In this document: piece by piece, positions 29,850 through 41,312 of the stretch | Position numbering within the stretch: the stretch's first letter is position 1 | How the letters are laid out: each line of letters opens with the position of its first letter | NCBI GenBank assembly: GCA_003210075.1 | Contig: QCNR01000003.1 | Coordinates: forward strand, 8,351-72,350 | Length of the DNA stretch: 64,000 bases | Reading direction: 5' to 3' | Origin: Pelagibacteraceae bacterium AG-426-G09 | GTDB lineage: Bacteria; Pseudomonadota; Alphaproteobacteria; Pelagibacterales; Pelagibacteraceae | Notes under the pieces: generated by a model | Databases searched by the model: none | What the model saw: the letters and a program-made list of their open reading frames with translations, nothing else | What the model was told of the DNA's origin: nothing | Translations under genes and position numbers: made by a program

Positions 29850-32726
29850 ATGCTTAAAAAGATCCTCATAAAAGGTGCAAAAGAGCACAATTTAAAGAAT
29901 ATATCTTTAGAGATTCCTAAGGATAAATTTGTTGTAATAACAGGTCTTTCAGGGTCAGGAAAATCATCTTTAGCATTCGATACCGTATATGCAGAAGGTC
30001 AAAGAAGGTATGTGGAAAGTTTATCTGCTTACGCAAGACAGTTTTTAGACAAAATGAAAAAACCAAATGTTGATTTTATTGAAGGTTTAAGTCCTGCTAT
30101 ATCAATTGAGCAAAAAAATACGTCAAAAAATCCAAGATCAACAGTAGCCACAGTAACTGAAATTTACGATTATATGAGAGTTCTTTATGCTAGAGCTGGC
30201 ATTCCATTTTCTCCTTTCACAGGAAAACCAATAGAATCACAAACTATAAGTCAAATAGTTGATAGGATTAAACAGCTTCCAAAAAGATCAACGATTTATT
30301 TATTCTCACCAGTAGTTAGAGGAAGAAAAGGTGAATATAAAAAAGAAATTTTATCTTTTAAAAAAAGGGGTTTTAGAAAGATACAAATTGATAACAAAAT
30401 ATACGATATTGATAAAGCTCCAGAGCTAAATAAAAAACTTAAACATGATATTTCTATTCTAATAGATAGAATTGTAATAAACTCTTCACTTGGAAATAGA
30501 CTTGCAGAGTCTGTTGAAACAGCAATAAATTTATCTAATGGATTACTATTTATTGAATATGAAGATGAAACACTTCCAAAGCAATATAGAAAAACTGAAA
30601 AAATTATTTTCTCAACAAAATTTGCTTGTCCAGAAAGTGGTTTTACAATTGAAGAAATTGAACCTAGATTATTTTCTTTTAACAGTCCATATGGTGCCTG
30701 CGAAGATTGTGAAGGAATTGGAATAAAATTAAATGTAGACCCTAAATTAGTAATTTCAGACGAGAAAAAATCAATTTCTGAGGGAGCAATAATACCATGG
30801 GCAAAATCTACATCTTTATATTATGCTCAAACATTAGCATCTTTAGCAAAACATTACAAATTTTCATTAGATGATAAATGGAAAAATCTACCAAAAAAAA
30901 TAAAAGATATTATTTTGTATGGTTCTGACGATGAGGAAATAAAGTTTTCATATGATGATGGATATGAAAAATACTCCCATAAAAAAACATTTGAAGGAGT
31001 AATTAATAATCTAGAAAGACGATATTTAGAAACAGATAGTGACTGGATGAGAGAAGAAATATCACAATATCAATCTGATACAAAATGCGAAAAGTGCAAC
31101 GGTTATAGATTAAAAGATGAAGCTCTTTGTGTTAAAATAGAAAATTTAAACATTAGTCAAGTTACTGAAAAATCTATAATAGAAGCGAAAGAATGGTTCT
31201 CATCATTAGAAAATAAACTAGACCCAACAAGGTTAAAAATTGCACAACATATACTTAAAGAAATTAATGAAAGACTTGATTTTCTTCTTAATGTTGGCCT
31301 AGACTACTTAACATTATCAAGAGAGTCGGGAACATTGTCAGGTGGAGAGTCACAAAGAATAAGATTGGCATCCCAAATTGGATCAGGTCTTACAGGTGTA
31401 TTATATGTATTAGATGAGCCTTCAATTGGATTACATCAAAAAGATAATATCAAATTAATCGATGCTTTAAAAAGATTAAGAGATCTTGGAAATACAGTTA
31501 TTGTGGTCGAGCATGATACTGAAACAATGGAAAATGCTGATCATATTATAGATCTTGGACCAGAAGCAGGTCATAAAGGTGGAGAAGTTATTGCGGAAGG
31601 AACATGTGACGATATTAAAAAAAATAATAGTAGTATTACAGGAAGATACCTTTCAAATAAAAGTTTTATATCAGTTCCTAAAAATAGAAGATTGGCCAAA
31701 AATGGTAAATATCTTGAAATTCTAAATGCATCTGGAAATAATTTAAAAAATGTTAATTTAAAAATTCCATTAGGAGCATTTACTTGTGTTACAGGTGTTT
31801 CAGGTAGTGGAAAATCCACCTTAATTTTACAAACATTATTCAACGCACTAAATCTTTATTTAAATAATAATAAAAGTAGAAAAATACCTCTGCCTTTTAA
31901 AGGTATTAAAGGTATTGAATTAATTGATAAAATAATTGATATAGATCAATCACCAATAGGCAGAACACCAAGATCTAATCCAGCGACATATACAGGTGCT
32001 TTTGGACCAATTAGAGATTGGTTTACAAATTTGCCAGAGTCTAAAAGTAGAGGATATAAGCCTGGTAGATTTTCTTTTAATGTTAGAGGTGGTCGATGTG
32101 AAGCGTGCGAGGGTGATGGTGTTATAACATATGAAATGCACTTTTTGCCTGATGTATATATTACTTGTGATGAATGCAAGGGAAGTAGATATAATCGTGA
32201 AACTCTTGAAATTAAATTTAAAGGAAAAAACATTTCTGACGTATTAAATATGACAGTTGATGAGGGATGCGATTTTTTTGAAAATATAAATACTATTAGA
32301 GGAAAACTTCTTACACTTAAGAAAGTTGGTTTAGGTTATATTAAAATAGGTCAACAAGCTACAACATTATCAGGTGGAGAAGCTCAACGTATTAAACTTG
32401 CAAAAGAGTTGTCAAGGAGATCAACTGGTAGAACTGTATATATTTTAGATGAACCAACTACAGGTCTACATCAACATGATATAAAAAAATTATTAGAAAT
32501 ACTTCATACTTTTGTTGCAACAGGAAATACAGTAATAGTAATTGAGCATAATTTAGATGTAATTAAAACAGCGGATCACATAATTGATATAGGTCCAGAT
32601 GGCGGTATCAAAGGTGGTGAAATTATCGCAGAAGGCAAACCTGAAGATATAATCAAAGTTAATAAGAGTTATACTGGCAAATATTTAGCTCCTTTATTAA
32701 TTTCAAAATATAAAAAAATTGCTTAA
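29850..32726 (+). CDS. uvrA: Excinuclease ABC subunit A
   Basis: Two ABC ATPase domains ([21 protein letters not shown] twice) and zinc fingers. Confidence 0.98.
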   Translation: MLKKILIKGAKEHNLKNISLEIPKDKFVVITGLSGSGKSSLAFDTVYAEGQRRYVESLSAYARQFLDKMKKPNVDFIEGLSPAISIEQKNTSKNPRSTVATVTEIYDYMRVLYARAGIPFSPFTGKPIESQTISQIVDRIKQLPKRSTIYLFSPVVRGRKGEYKKEILSFKKRGFRKIQIDNKIYDIDKAPELNKKLKHDISILIDRIVINSSLGNRLAESVETAINLSNGLLFIEYEDETLPKQYRKTEKIIFSTKFACPESGFTIEEIEPRLFSFNSPYGACEDCEGIGIKLNVDPKLVISDEKKSISEGAIIPWAKSTSLYYAQTLASLAKHYKFSLDDKWKNLPKKIKDIILYGSDDEEIKFSYDDGYEKYSHKKTFEGVINNLERRYLETDSDWMREEISQYQSDTKCEKCNGYRLKDEALCVKIENLNISQVTEKSIIEAKEWFSSLENKLDPTRLKIAQHILKEINERLDFLLNVGLDYLTLSRESGTLSGGESQRIRLASQIGSGLTGVLYVLDEPSIGLHQKDNIKLIDALKRLRDLGNTVIVVEHDTETMENADHIIDLGPEAGHKGGEVIAEGTCDDIKKNNSSITGRYLSNKSFISVPKNRRLAKNGKYLEILNASGNNLKNVNLKIPLGAFTCVTGVSGSGKSTLILQTLFNALNLYLNNNKSRKIPLPFKGIKGIELIDKIIDIDQSPIGRTPRSNPATYTGAFGPIRDWFTNLPESKSRGYKPGRFSFNVRGGRCEACEGDGVITYEMHFLPDVYITCDECKGSRYNRETLEIKFKGKNISDVLNMTVDEGCDFFENINTIRGKLLTLKKVGLGYIKIGQQATTLSGGEAQRIKLAKELSRRSTGRTVYILDEPTTGLHQHDIKKLLEILHTFVATGNTVIVIEHNLDVIKTADHIIDIGPDGGIKGGEIIAEGKPEDIIKVNKSYTGKYLAPLLISKYKKIA

Positions 32727-32753
32727 TATCAAAATTAGATGTATAAATTTTAA

Positions 32754-33356
32754 ATGAGCGGGATTTTACAATCATTATCAAAAACTATTCATTTTTCATT
32801 AGCATTAACTATTATACTATTTTTAGGACTTTATTTTTTAAATGGAGGTTTTGATATAGATTTGCTTTTTTGGAGCTGGTTATTTAGATATATACATGTA
32901 GTTGTTGGAATTATGTGGATTGGTTTATTGTGGTATTTTAATTTTGTTCAAATTCCAAATATGGCCAAGATACCAGATGAGCAAAAACCTGCTATAGGAA
33001 AAGTCATTGCTCCTGCTGCCTTATTTTGGTTTAGGTGGGCAGCCCTATTTACTATTTTAACAGGTTTAATTTTAGCTTATATAAATGGTTATGTTCACGA
33101 TGCAATGACGCTTGGAATTAATTCTGGCGGTGGCAAAAGTACTGCTATTGGTATTGGAATGTGGCTAGGATTAATAATGGCATTTAATGTATGGTTTGTA
33201 ATTTGGCCAAATCAAAAAAGAGCACTGGGTATAGTTGAAACTGATCCAGATACTAAAGCAAAATCAGCAAAAACAGCAATGTTGTTTTCCAGAACTAATA
33301 CATTGCTATCATTGCCAATGCTACTTTCTATGGTTGCTGCTCAAAACTTATACTAA
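32754..33356 (+). CDS. Urate oxidase N-terminal (PuuD-like) membrane protein
   Basis: RYIHVVVGIMWIGLLWYFNFVQ, FRWAA, MAFNVWFVIWPNQK, SRTN. Confidence 0.7.
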   Translation: MSGILQSLSKTIHFSLALTIILFLGLYFLNGGFDIDLLFWSWLFRYIHVVVGIMWIGLLWYFNFVQIPNMAKIPDEQKPAIGKVIAPAALFWFRWAALFTILTGLILAYINGYVHDAMTLGINSGGGKSTAIGIGMWLGLIMAFNVWFVIWPNQKRALGIVETDPDTKAKSAKTAMLFSRTNTLLSLPMLLSMVAAQNLY

Positions 33357-34252
33357 TTTTTATCTTCCTCTTTTTTTACTACAGTATAGTGATCAACATT
33401 CAATTTTACCAAAACTGGATTTGCTATGTATATAGAAGAATAAGTTCCTATAATAACTCCCAATATCATAGCAAAAGAAAAACCTCTTAATATTTCTCCT
33501 CCAAGAAAAAAAATTGAAAATAAAGCCAATAAAGTAGTTACAGATGTTAAAATAGTTCTAGATAAAGTTTCATTAATTGATTGATTAGTTAAATCAAAAA
33601 TATTTAGATCACTATATTTTTTAAGATTATCACGAACTCTATCGAAAATAACAACAGTATCATTCATTGAATATCCTACTATTGTTAATACTGCAGCAAC
33701 AATTGATAAATTAATTTCGAGTGATAAAAAAGAAAATATACCCAAGGTAATAATTACATCATGAAATAATGCAAAGATTGCTCCTAAACTAAATTGCCAT
33801 TCAAATCTAATCCAAATATAAAATAACATTGCTGCTAATGAAAGAGATATTGCAATAATACCAGATTTAAGTAATTCTGAGCTTACTTTTGGACCAACAT
33901 TTTCAACACGTCTAAAATTTATATTAGGAAAAGATTTGGAAACTTCATTTTTAAGATTATTTATAAACTCTGGATTATCTAAATTTGTTTTTTGAAACTT
34001 AACAATATAATCTTTGTTATTTCCAAAATTTTTAACTGTTAGATTTGGTAGATTTGATTTACTAAAAACATCTCTAACCTTAGATACTGAATGATCTGAA
34101 TTATTTAATCTAATTTCAATAAGTGTTCCACCCTTAAAATCTACACCATAATTTAATCCCTTAAAAAATAAAAAAGATAAAGATATAATTATTAATATAA
34201 TAGAAAGTGAACCAAAATATCTATAATATTTATTAAACTGAATAGTTTTCAT
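33353..34252 (-). CDS. secF: Protein translocase subunit SecF
   Basis: GVDFKGG, VGPKVS, GYSMNDTVVIFDRVR. Confidence 0.96.
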   Translation of the reverse strand: MKTIQFNKYYRYFGSLSIILIIISLSFLFFKGLNYGVDFKGGTLIEIRLNNSDHSVSKVRDVFSKSNLPNLTVKNFGNNKDYIVKFQKTNLDNPEFINNLKNEVSKSFPNINFRRVENVGPKVSSELLKSGIIAISLSLAAMLFYIWIRFEWQFSLGAIFALFHDVIITLGIFSFLSLEINLSIVAAVLTIVGYSMNDTVVIFDRVRDNLKKYSDLNIFDLTNQSINETLSRTILTSVTTLLALFSIFFLGGEILRGFSFAMILGVIIGTYSSIYIANPVLVKLNVDHYTVVKKEEDKN

Positions 34253-34253
34253 T

Positions 34254-35807
34254 TTAAATTAATTTCCCTTTGTCTTTATTTGATTTCACGTAAATTGAAC
34301 TTAGTAACCTTGCTATAAAATAGACAGAAAATAAAGTTGTCAATATTCCAACTCCTAAAGTAACTGAAAAACCTTTTACAGGTCCTGATCCCATCAAAAA
34401 CAATATAATTGCAGCAATTAAAGTGGTTATATTTGCATCTATAATAGCGGTTCTTGATTTTACATAACCACTATCGAAAGCTATAATTTGATTATTCTCT
34501 TTTTTAATTTCTTCTTTTATTCTCTCAAAAATTAAAACATTTGCATCAACAGCCATACCTACAGTTAATATTATTCCTGCAATGCCTGGTAAAGTTAATG
34601 TTGCGCCAAAAAGCGTTAAAACTCCAATTAGTAAAAATAAATTTGTTATTAATGCTAAGTTAGCAATCAATCCAAAAATTCTATATTTATAAATCATAAA
34701 CAATACAACCAAGCTAAATCCAATTATAAGAGAAATTATACCCGCTTTTATAGAGTCTTTACCCAGATCTGGGCCTACGGTTCTCTCTTCTATAATGTTC
34801 AGTGGGGCCGGAAGTGCACCAGATCTTAATAATAAAGCCAAGTCAGTAGCACTCTGGAAAGTAAAATTGCCACTTATTTGACCTGATCCTCCAACTATAG
34901 GCTCTCTAATAGAGGGAGCACTTATAATTTTTCCATCAAGAACTATTGCCAATTGTTTACCAACATTTTCTGTAGTTGCTTTTCCAAATTTTTTAGCACC
35001 TACTCTATCCAATGTAAATGAAACTATCGTTTCATTATTTTGCGTATCCATTCTTGGCTTTGCGTCTACTAGATTGTCTCCGTTTAAGATAATTCTTTTG
35101 CTTACTATAGCTTCATCAATACCATTATCAAATTTTAATACTTCAGTACCAAAACTATCATTTTCAGTTAGTGACACGAATTGAAATGTTAAATTTGCAG
35201 TTTTGCCGAGTAGAGATTTAATCCTTGCGGGGTCATCTAAGCCTGGAAGTTCTACTAAAATACGATCGTTACCTCTTTTGAGTATATTTGGTTCATTTGT
35301 TCCAGTTTCGTCGACTCTTCGTCTTACTATTTCAACAGCTTGATCCAAAGAGGATGAATTAAGTATAACAATTCCATAATCAGATAAATAAAAATTAAAA
35401 AAATTTTCATTGTTTTCAAGAATATACTGGTGTGTTTTAAATTTCTCAAAATATGGATTTAATTCTCCATCTTTATCCAAAAGATTTGATTGAACCTGAT
35501 CTACATACATTAAATCGCTTTCGAAGAAAATTTTATTATTTTCGATGGAAAAATTTTTTACTTTAATAGAGTTATCGTTAAAAAATTTTTTTAAATCAAT
35601 TAGTTTATTCTGTAGAGTTTGTGAAATTATTGGTTGATTATCTATTTCAAGCAATAAATAAGATCCCCCTTGTAAATCTAATCCAAGGTTAATTTTGTTT
35701 TTAACTAGTTTATCATCAAATGAAAATAAGTTAGAAAAAGTTAGGTATGATAAAAAAATAGTAACTAAAAAAATAGTTATAATTTTAATTTTTGAAAAAT
35801 ATAACAC
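34254..35807 (-). CDS. secD: Protein translocase subunit SecD (GTG start)
   Basis: LGLDLQGG, LRSGALPAP, GMAVDANVLIFERI. Confidence 0.96.
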   Translation of the reverse strand: MLYFSKIKIITIFLVTIFLSYLTFSNLFSFDDKLVKNKINLGLDLQGGSYLLLEIDNQPIISQTLQNKLIDLKKFFNDNSIKVKNFSIENNKIFFESDLMYVDQVQSNLLDKDGELNPYFEKFKTHQYILENNENFFNFYLSDYGIVILNSSSLDQAVEIVRRRVDETGTNEPNILKRGNDRILVELPGLDDPARIKSLLGKTANLTFQFVSLTENDSFGTEVLKFDNGIDEAIVSKRIILNGDNLVDAKPRMDTQNNETIVSFTLDRVGAKKFGKATTENVGKQLAIVLDGKIISAPSIREPIVGGSGQISGNFTFQSATDLALLLRSGALPAPLNIIEERTVGPDLGKDSIKAGIISLIIGFSLVVLFMIYKYRIFGLIANLALITNLFLLIGVLTLFGATLTLPGIAGIILTVGMAVDANVLIFERIKEEIKKENNQIIAFDSGYVKSRTAIIDANITTLIAAIILFLMGSGPVKGFSVTLGVGILTTLFSVYFIARLLSSIYVKSNKDKGKLI

Positions 35808-35818
35808 TTAAAAGCAAA

Positions 35819-36103
35819 TTATTTTTTTATTTCTTGGCTATTAACTAGAGCTTGTATTCCTGTTGCTTTAACAATTTCAACTTTAACATTATCAGAAATT
35901 ATTACTTCAGCTTTCTCTGCATCAATAATTCTTTCAACTGTACCAACAATACCGCCTGAAGTTATAACTTTGTCACCTCTTTTAAGATTGTCAACCATCA
36001 ACTTGTGATCCTTAACCTTTTTTTGCTGGGGTCTAATTAAGAAAAAATAAAAAATTACAAATATTAATATTAACGGTATAAATTGTGCTATTCCTGAATC
36101 CAT
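35819..36103 (-). CDS. yajC: Preprotein translocase subunit YajC
   Basis: FYFFLIRPQQK, GDKVITSGG. Confidence 0.96.
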   Translation of the reverse strand: MDSGIAQFIPLILIFVIFYFFLIRPQQKKVKDHKLMVDNLKRGDKVITSGGIVGTVERIIDAEKAEVIISDNVKVEIVKATGIQALVNSQEIKK

Positions 36104-36149
36104 AAATCTCCTAATTACTAAAATTCTTTATACCAAATACTTAAATTTC

Positions 36150-37415
36150 TCAACTCTTAATTGGTAAAATTTTATCCATATTATTCATATATGGTCTTAA
36201 AGCTTCTGGAATAGTTATGCTACCGTCTTTATTTTGATAATTTTCCATTACAGCAATTAATGTTCTTCCTACAGCAAGTCCACTGCCATTTAACGTGCCC
36301 GTAAAAACATTTTCATTATTTGTATTCTTGTACCTTGAATTCATTCGTCTTGCTTGAAATGATCCACATGATGAGCAGCTAGAGATCTCTCGATATTTTT
36401 TTTCTGATGGTAGCCAAACTTCAATATCATATGTTTTTTCCGCACTAAAACCCATATCTCCTGTACATAAAATAATTTTTCTATAAGGTAGTTTAAGCCT
36501 ATCTAATATTTTTGTAGCTGATTTAGTCATTCTTTCAAGCTCCCCTAAACATTGATCATTTTCTACAATACTAACTAATTCAACTTTATAAAATTGATGT
36601 TGACGTATCATGCCCTTGGTGTCTTTACCATAACTACCCGCTTCTTTTCTGAAACATGGTGTTGAAGCAACAAACCTTAATGGTAAATCACTTAATTTTA
36701 CTATCTGATTTTTAACTATATTGGTCAAAATTACTTCAGCTGTAGGGATAAGAAATTTTCTACCATCATTTTTATCTAGCTTAATTTCAAATTGATCATT
36801 TTCAAATTTTGGTAATTGCCCAGTTCCAAACATTGTAGTTTCTGATGCCAGCAGCGGTGGGGATATCTCATTGTATCCATTCTCTAATGTGTGTACATCT
36901 AGCATAAAATTAGATAAAGCTCTTTCCATCAATGCTAGTTTATCTTTAACAAAAACAAATCTTGATCCAGTTGTTTTAGTAGCTAAATCAAAATCTAACA
37001 TGTCTAGTTTTTCACCTAACTCATAATGAGACTTTTCTTTAAAATTTTTTGACTCTATATCGCCTATGGTTTCTATAACTTTGTTATCCTTTTCATCAGA
37101 TCCTACAGGAACATCTTCAGTAGGAATGTTAGGTACTGACGAAAGAATGCTATCTAATTCTTTTTTAACTTTTAACTGATACTCCGTTAATTCTTTTATT
37201 TTTAAAGATATTTCCTTAGATTTTTGAAACATAGCTTCGTCTTTAGATTTTGAAATATCTTTTTTTTGTTTTTCTAGAGTTTCTTTTTCTTGAATTAATT
37301 TTCTATTTTTTTTATCTATATTAAGTATATCATCAATCTTAGTCGTATTGTTTCTGTTTGATATTTTTTTTTTAAAAACATCGTAATTTTCTCTTATATA
37401 CTTTATATCATGCAT
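36150..37415 (-). CDS. serS: Serine--tRNA ligase
   Basis: LIPTAEV, FRKEAGSYG, EISSCS, TLNGSGLAVGR. Confidence 0.97.
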   Translation of the reverse strand: MHDIKYIRENYDVFKKKISNRNNTTKIDDILNIDKKNRKLIQEKETLEKQKKDISKSKDEAMFQKSKEISLKIKELTEYQLKVKKELDSILSSVPNIPTEDVPVGSDEKDNKVIETIGDIESKNFKEKSHYELGEKLDMLDFDLATKTTGSRFVFVKDKLALMERALSNFMLDVHTLENGYNEISPPLLASETTMFGTGQLPKFENDQFEIKLDKNDGRKFLIPTAEVILTNIVKNQIVKLSDLPLRFVASTPCFRKEAGSYGKDTKGMIRQHQFYKVELVSIVENDQCLGELERMTKSATKILDRLKLPYRKIILCTGDMGFSAEKTYDIEVWLPSEKKYREISSCSSCGSFQARRMNSRYKNTNNENVFTGTLNGSGLAVGRTLIAVMENYQNKDGSITIPEALRPYMNNMDKILPIKS

Positions 37416-38184
37416 TTTCTTGTTTTTTTTCTCTCTTTAAATTTTTTGTCTCAATTATACTTACAGACAATATAGATAATTCATATAATAATAATAGTGG
37501 TATTCCTAAACCAAATTGTGTAATTGGATCTGGTGGTGTAAGAATAGCGGCAATAGTAAAAATAATTACAATTACATATTTTCTCCTCTCCTTAAGAAAT
37601 TTAGCATCAACGATTCCAATTCTAGCAAGCAAACTTAATATTATGGGTAATTGAAAACTCAATCCAAATGCAAAAATCAATTTCATTACCAACGACAAGT
37701 ACTCATTTACTTTTGCCTCCAGTTGAATAGGCAAATTAGTATTTAAACCTACACTTTCAAAAGTTAGAAAAAATTTAATTGCTAGTGGCATAATAAGATA
37801 ATAAACCAATATTCCGCCTAATAAAAAAAGTATTGGCGTCAAAACTAAATAAGGCATGATTGCTTTTTTTTCATGTTTATAGAGACCGGGTGCAATAAAT
37901 TTCCAGACTTGAATAAGTATAAATGGACTAGTTGCAAAAAAAGCAGCAAAAAAAGAAACTTTTATGTAAGTCATAAAGGTTTCTTGTAATGCCGTAAAAA
38001 TCAATCTTCTTTCAATATCATCATTCTTAACTGCGGAAGCATAAGGTTCGACTAAAAAACCATAAATATGATCAGAAAAATAATACGAAATTCCAAATAA
38101 GATAAACAAAAAAATTAATGAATGAATAAGTCTTTGCCTTAATTCAGTTAAATGACTTACAAAATTTGTTTCTTTATCAGACAT
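37408..38184 (-). CDS. tatC: Twin-arginine translocase TatC
   Basis: HLTELRQRL, FIAPGLY, FGLSFQLP, TPPD. Confidence 0.96.
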   Translation of the reverse strand: MSDKETNFVSHLTELRQRLIHSLIFLFILFGISYYFSDHIYGFLVEPYASAVKNDDIERRLIFTALQETFMTYIKVSFFAAFFATSPFILIQVWKFIAPGLYKHEKKAIMPYLVLTPILFLLGGILVYYLIMPLAIKFFLTFESVGLNTNLPIQLEAKVNEYLSLVMKLIFAFGLSFQLPIILSLLARIGIVDAKFLKERRKYVIVIIFTIAAILTPPDPITQFGLGIPLLLLYELSILSVSIIETKNLKREKKQENA

Positions 38185-38419
38185 CTTTTTTTTTACTTAT
38201 CTCATCATTATCATTTGATTTATTTTTGTTTTCATCATAAATTTTTTCAGCTTCATCACCAATAGATGAAACTTCATTTTGAATATTTGAAACGTATCTT
38301 TTGACTGAGCCAATCCATGAGCCCATTTTTTTTAACATAATTGGAAAATCTTTTGGGCCTACAACTATTATTGCTATTGAAACTATGATTAAAATTTCTA
38401 ACCAGCCAATCTGTGGCAT
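38177..38419 (-). CDS. tatB: Twin-arginine translocase TatB
   Basis: IGWLEIL...VVGPKDFP; between tatA and tatC. Confidence 0.92.
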   Translation of the reverse strand: MPQIGWLEILIIVSIAIIVVGPKDFPIMLKKMGSWIGSVKRYVSNIQNEVSSIGDEAEKIYDENKNKSNDNDEISKKKDV

Positions 38420-38424
38420 TGGAA

Positions 38425-38625
38425 TTAATTATTATCTTTTGAGTCTTTATTTTCTTCGGAGACATCCTTTGGCTGATTTTCTTCAATAGCATCAGATGAC
38501 ATACCCTTTTTAAAACTTTTTATACCTTTGGCCACATCACCCATTAGACTAGAAATTTTTCCTCTCCCGAATAGAAGAACAACTAAAATAACAACAACAG
38601 CAATTTGCCAAACACTTAAACCCAT
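38425..38625 (-). CDS. tatA: Twin-arginine translocase TatA
   Basis: [27 protein letters not shown]. Confidence 0.95.
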   Translation of the reverse strand: MGLSVWQIAVVVILVVLLFGRGKISSLMGDVAKGIKSFKKGMSSDAIEENQPKDVSEENKDSKDNN

Positions 38626-38647
38626 TCGTTATTTATATACATAATAT

Positions 38648-39364
38648 TTATTTTTTTAAAGGATCTTTTTCAGAATTTTCATCATCGGATAAAGTGTCAT
38701 TCAACATTTCATCTATATTAGAGTAAATATCATCATTATTTTCATTTTGTTTTTCTTTATAAAATTTTCCGGTTCCAAATATTGATTTTTCAACTGATGT
38801 GGCATCTATTAAACCAGCGGCGCCAAGTTCATCAACTGTTGGTAAGTCTGATAGCTTTTGAAGGTTAAAATGACTTAAAAAATCATCAGTAGTGACATAT
38901 TGTATAGGTTTTCCTGGCACATCTTTTCGTCCACCTGGCTTAACCCAATTCAATTCCATTAAAATTTCTAAAGTATTTGTTCCAAAAGCAACACCTCTGA
39001 TATCTTCTATCTCTGCTCTGGTAACTGGTTGATGATAAACAATTATAGATAATGTTTCTATAGCAGCTTTTGAAAGTTTTTTTTCTATAGTTTTTTGTTT
39101 TGATAAAAGACTAGACAATTTATCTGAGGTTCTAAAGGACCACTTATTGGATATACAAATTAGATTGATGCCTCTATTTGAATAAAAACTTTGCAATTTT
39201 TCTAATGCTTTATGAACATTAATTTTTTTTGTTAATTTATTTTCTATTGTTTCAACATCTAAAGGAACATGTGAAGCAAAAAGAATCGCTTCTATCTCTT
39301 TTTCTTGGTCAGAAACTTTATTTTCAGGGAACCTAACAACATTATTTTTTTTTAATTTACTCAT
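38648..39364 (-). CDS. scpB: SMC-Scp complex subunit ScpB
   Basis: IEAILFAS, LSKAAIETL..I.YHQPVTRAEIEDIRG, PGKP..Y.TT..FL; start set to ATG 39364. Confidence 0.94.
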   Translation of the reverse strand: MSKLKKNNVVRFPENKVSDQEKEIEAILFASHVPLDVETIENKLTKKINVHKALEKLQSFYSNRGINLICISNKWSFRTSDKLSSLLSKQKTIEKKLSKAAIETLSIIVYHQPVTRAEIEDIRGVAFGTNTLEILMELNWVKPGGRKDVPGKPIQYVTTDDFLSHFNLQKLSDLPTVDELGAAGLIDATSVEKSIFGTGKFYKEKQNENNDDIYSNIDEMLNDTLSDDENSEKDPLKK

Positions 39365-40097
39365 TATTACGAATATATATTTCACCAAATATTTTTTCTT
39401 GTTTTAATTTTACATTACCTTCTTTAGCGAGCTCTAATGATCCAGCAAAAATTCCTGCATTTCCAGTTCTTTTCATATTTTTGTTTTTTTTAAATATTGA
39501 AGGAATTAAATCAGCTAAATTTTTCCATTGTGATAATTCATTTTTAAGTTCTTTAATTCTTTTAATACCTTCTTCCATTGTAAAAACAGGTAATTTAGGA
39601 ATATTTATCTTTTGAAAATCTTTTGTTGATATTATAGTTGAATAAGTTTTTAAAATATCAAACAATTTTAAAGAATACTGCGAAATGCTATTTATTTGAA
39701 CTCTAGTATTCATGCCTCTCATAAATATATCTCTTCCTAATCTTTTCCTTTTTAACATTTGGTCAGAAAGAAGTCTTATTAATTCTAATTTTTTTAATTG
39801 TAGTTTAAGCTTTTCTGCAATTTCAAATGCTTTGAATTCGTCTTCTTCATCTAAAGGCAAAAGCAATTTGGATTTTAAGTATGTTAACCAAGTAGCCATA
39901 AGCAGATACTCTGAAGCAATTTCTAAATTAAGATTTTCATTTTTCGATATGTAATCATTAAATTGATCAGCTAACTTTGTAACTGATATATTTTCAAGAT
40001 TAACTTTTTGCGATTTAGCTAAATCTAAAAGTAAATCTAATGATCCAGAAAAATTATTTAGATCTAGTTGAAATTCATGAGAATCAAAATTTGACAT
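39357..40097 (-). CDS. scpA: Segregation/condensation protein ScpA
   Basis: FSGSLDLLL, ASEYLLMATWL.YLKSKLLLP, LELAKEG. Confidence 0.94.
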   Translation of the reverse strand: MSNFDSHEFQLDLNNFSGSLDLLLDLAKSQKVNLENISVTKLADQFNDYISKNENLNLEIASEYLLMATWLTYLKSKLLLPLDEEDEFKAFEIAEKLKLQLKKLELIRLLSDQMLKRKRLGRDIFMRGMNTRVQINSISQYSLKLFDILKTYSTIISTKDFQKINIPKLPVFTMEEGIKRIKELKNELSQWKNLADLIPSIFKKNKNMKRTGNAGIFAGSLELAKEGNVKLKQEKIFGEIYIRNNE

Positions 40098-40105
40098 AAT
40101 TAAAT

Positions 40106-41059
40106 CTAACTTAAAAGTTTATAAAATTCAGATGTTTTTTTTATTATGAACGAATTAACTTTTGGCGCAATACCAGCTAAAATATTCATTTCACTCATAT
40201 TAGCGTTACAATGCAATACTAAGTTGCATCCTGCATCATAGGCTCTTATTACATTTTCATTAAATTTATATTTGAGAGCTTTCATAGATATATCGTCAGA
40301 AATAATTAAATTTTTAAAACCAATTTTTTTTCTAATGTATGAAATACCCTTTTTTGAATGGGTAATACAATTTTTTTCATCTATTGCTTTAAAAATTATA
40401 TGTGCCGTCATTGCAAACATTGATTTTTTGTTTTTAAACATTAAAAAATCATTTTTTTCTAAATAATTTAATTTATTACCTAAAATTGGAAGTTTTAAAT
40501 GTGTATCAGTTTTTGATAAACCATGTCCAGGAATATGTTTAATAACCGTTCCTATACAATTTTTATGAAAAGAATTAATAGTAATCTCTCCAAGTTTATC
40601 AACAATTTTTTTATTATAAGAAAATGCTCTATCACCAATGATATTACTTGAAAACTTTCTTCTAATATCCAATAATGGGACTGTGTTAATGTTTGCACCA
40701 ATTAGGTTTAAAACGTACGAAATTTGATCAACATAAACTTTATAATGTAAATTAAACTTCTTAGGGTTTTTTTGGTATAAATTACCAAAATACATACCTG
40801 AAAAAATTGAATTATCTAAAATTTTTTTTATTCTACTAACTCTACCTCCTTCTTCATCAATTAAAATTGGATAATGTGAATCTTGAACTATATTTTTAAT
40901 GGAAGTTGTAAGTCTTTTAATTTGACTTATATTTTTTATATTTCTTTGAAATAGAATTATGCCCCATGGTTTATTTTTTTTAATAAAAAAAATCTCATTT
41001 TTAGACAATGAAGTTCCTTTAATACCACAAATAAACGATTTTCTTAATTTAATTTTCAT
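40106..41059 (-). CDS. nagZ: Beta-N-acetylhexosaminidase (GH3)
   Basis: GIILFQRN, IDEEGGRV, KHIPGHG...DTH, MTAH, SDDISM. Confidence 0.9.
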   Translation of the reverse strand: MKIKLRKSFICGIKGTSLSKNEIFFIKKNKPWGIILFQRNIKNISQIKRLTTSIKNIVQDSHYPILIDEEGGRVSRIKKILDNSIFSGMYFGNLYQKNPKKFNLHYKVYVDQISYVLNLIGANINTVPLLDIRRKFSSNIIGDRAFSYNKKIVDKLGEITINSFHKNCIGTVIKHIPGHGLSKTDTHLKLPILGNKLNYLEKNDFLMFKNKKSMFAMTAHIIFKAIDEKNCITHSKKGISYIRKKIGFKNLIISDDISMKALKYKFNENVIRAYDAGCNLVLHCNANMSEMNILAGIAPKVNSFIIKKTSEFYKLLS

Positions 41060-41312
41060 TTTTTAATAATTCCCAAAATGAATATTTTTTTTCGTTTGAA
41101 ATATCTTCTTTGCTTAAATATTCTACAATTTTTTCTGTATCATTAGATAAAAGTGGAAGAGTTGCCTCAAATTTGCCAATAATTTTTTCCACAGAATTTT
41201 TATTTCTAAATGTTTTTTTTATATTAATATCTGAAAAATAAAAATTAATTGTAAATAAAAAGAATAAAGAAATAATTAAAAAAAAAATAAAATATTTAAC
41301 TTCTTTTAACAT
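41049..41312 (-). CDS. Small single-pass membrane protein (candidate minimal FtsN)
   Basis: 87 aa, N-terminal TM helix, overlaps argS and nagZ; function is inference only. Confidence 0.7.
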   Translation of the reverse strand: MLKEVKYFIFFLIISLFFLFTINFYFSDINIKKTFRNKNSVEKIIGKFEATLPLLSNDTEKIVEYLSKEDISNEKKYSFWELLKNEN

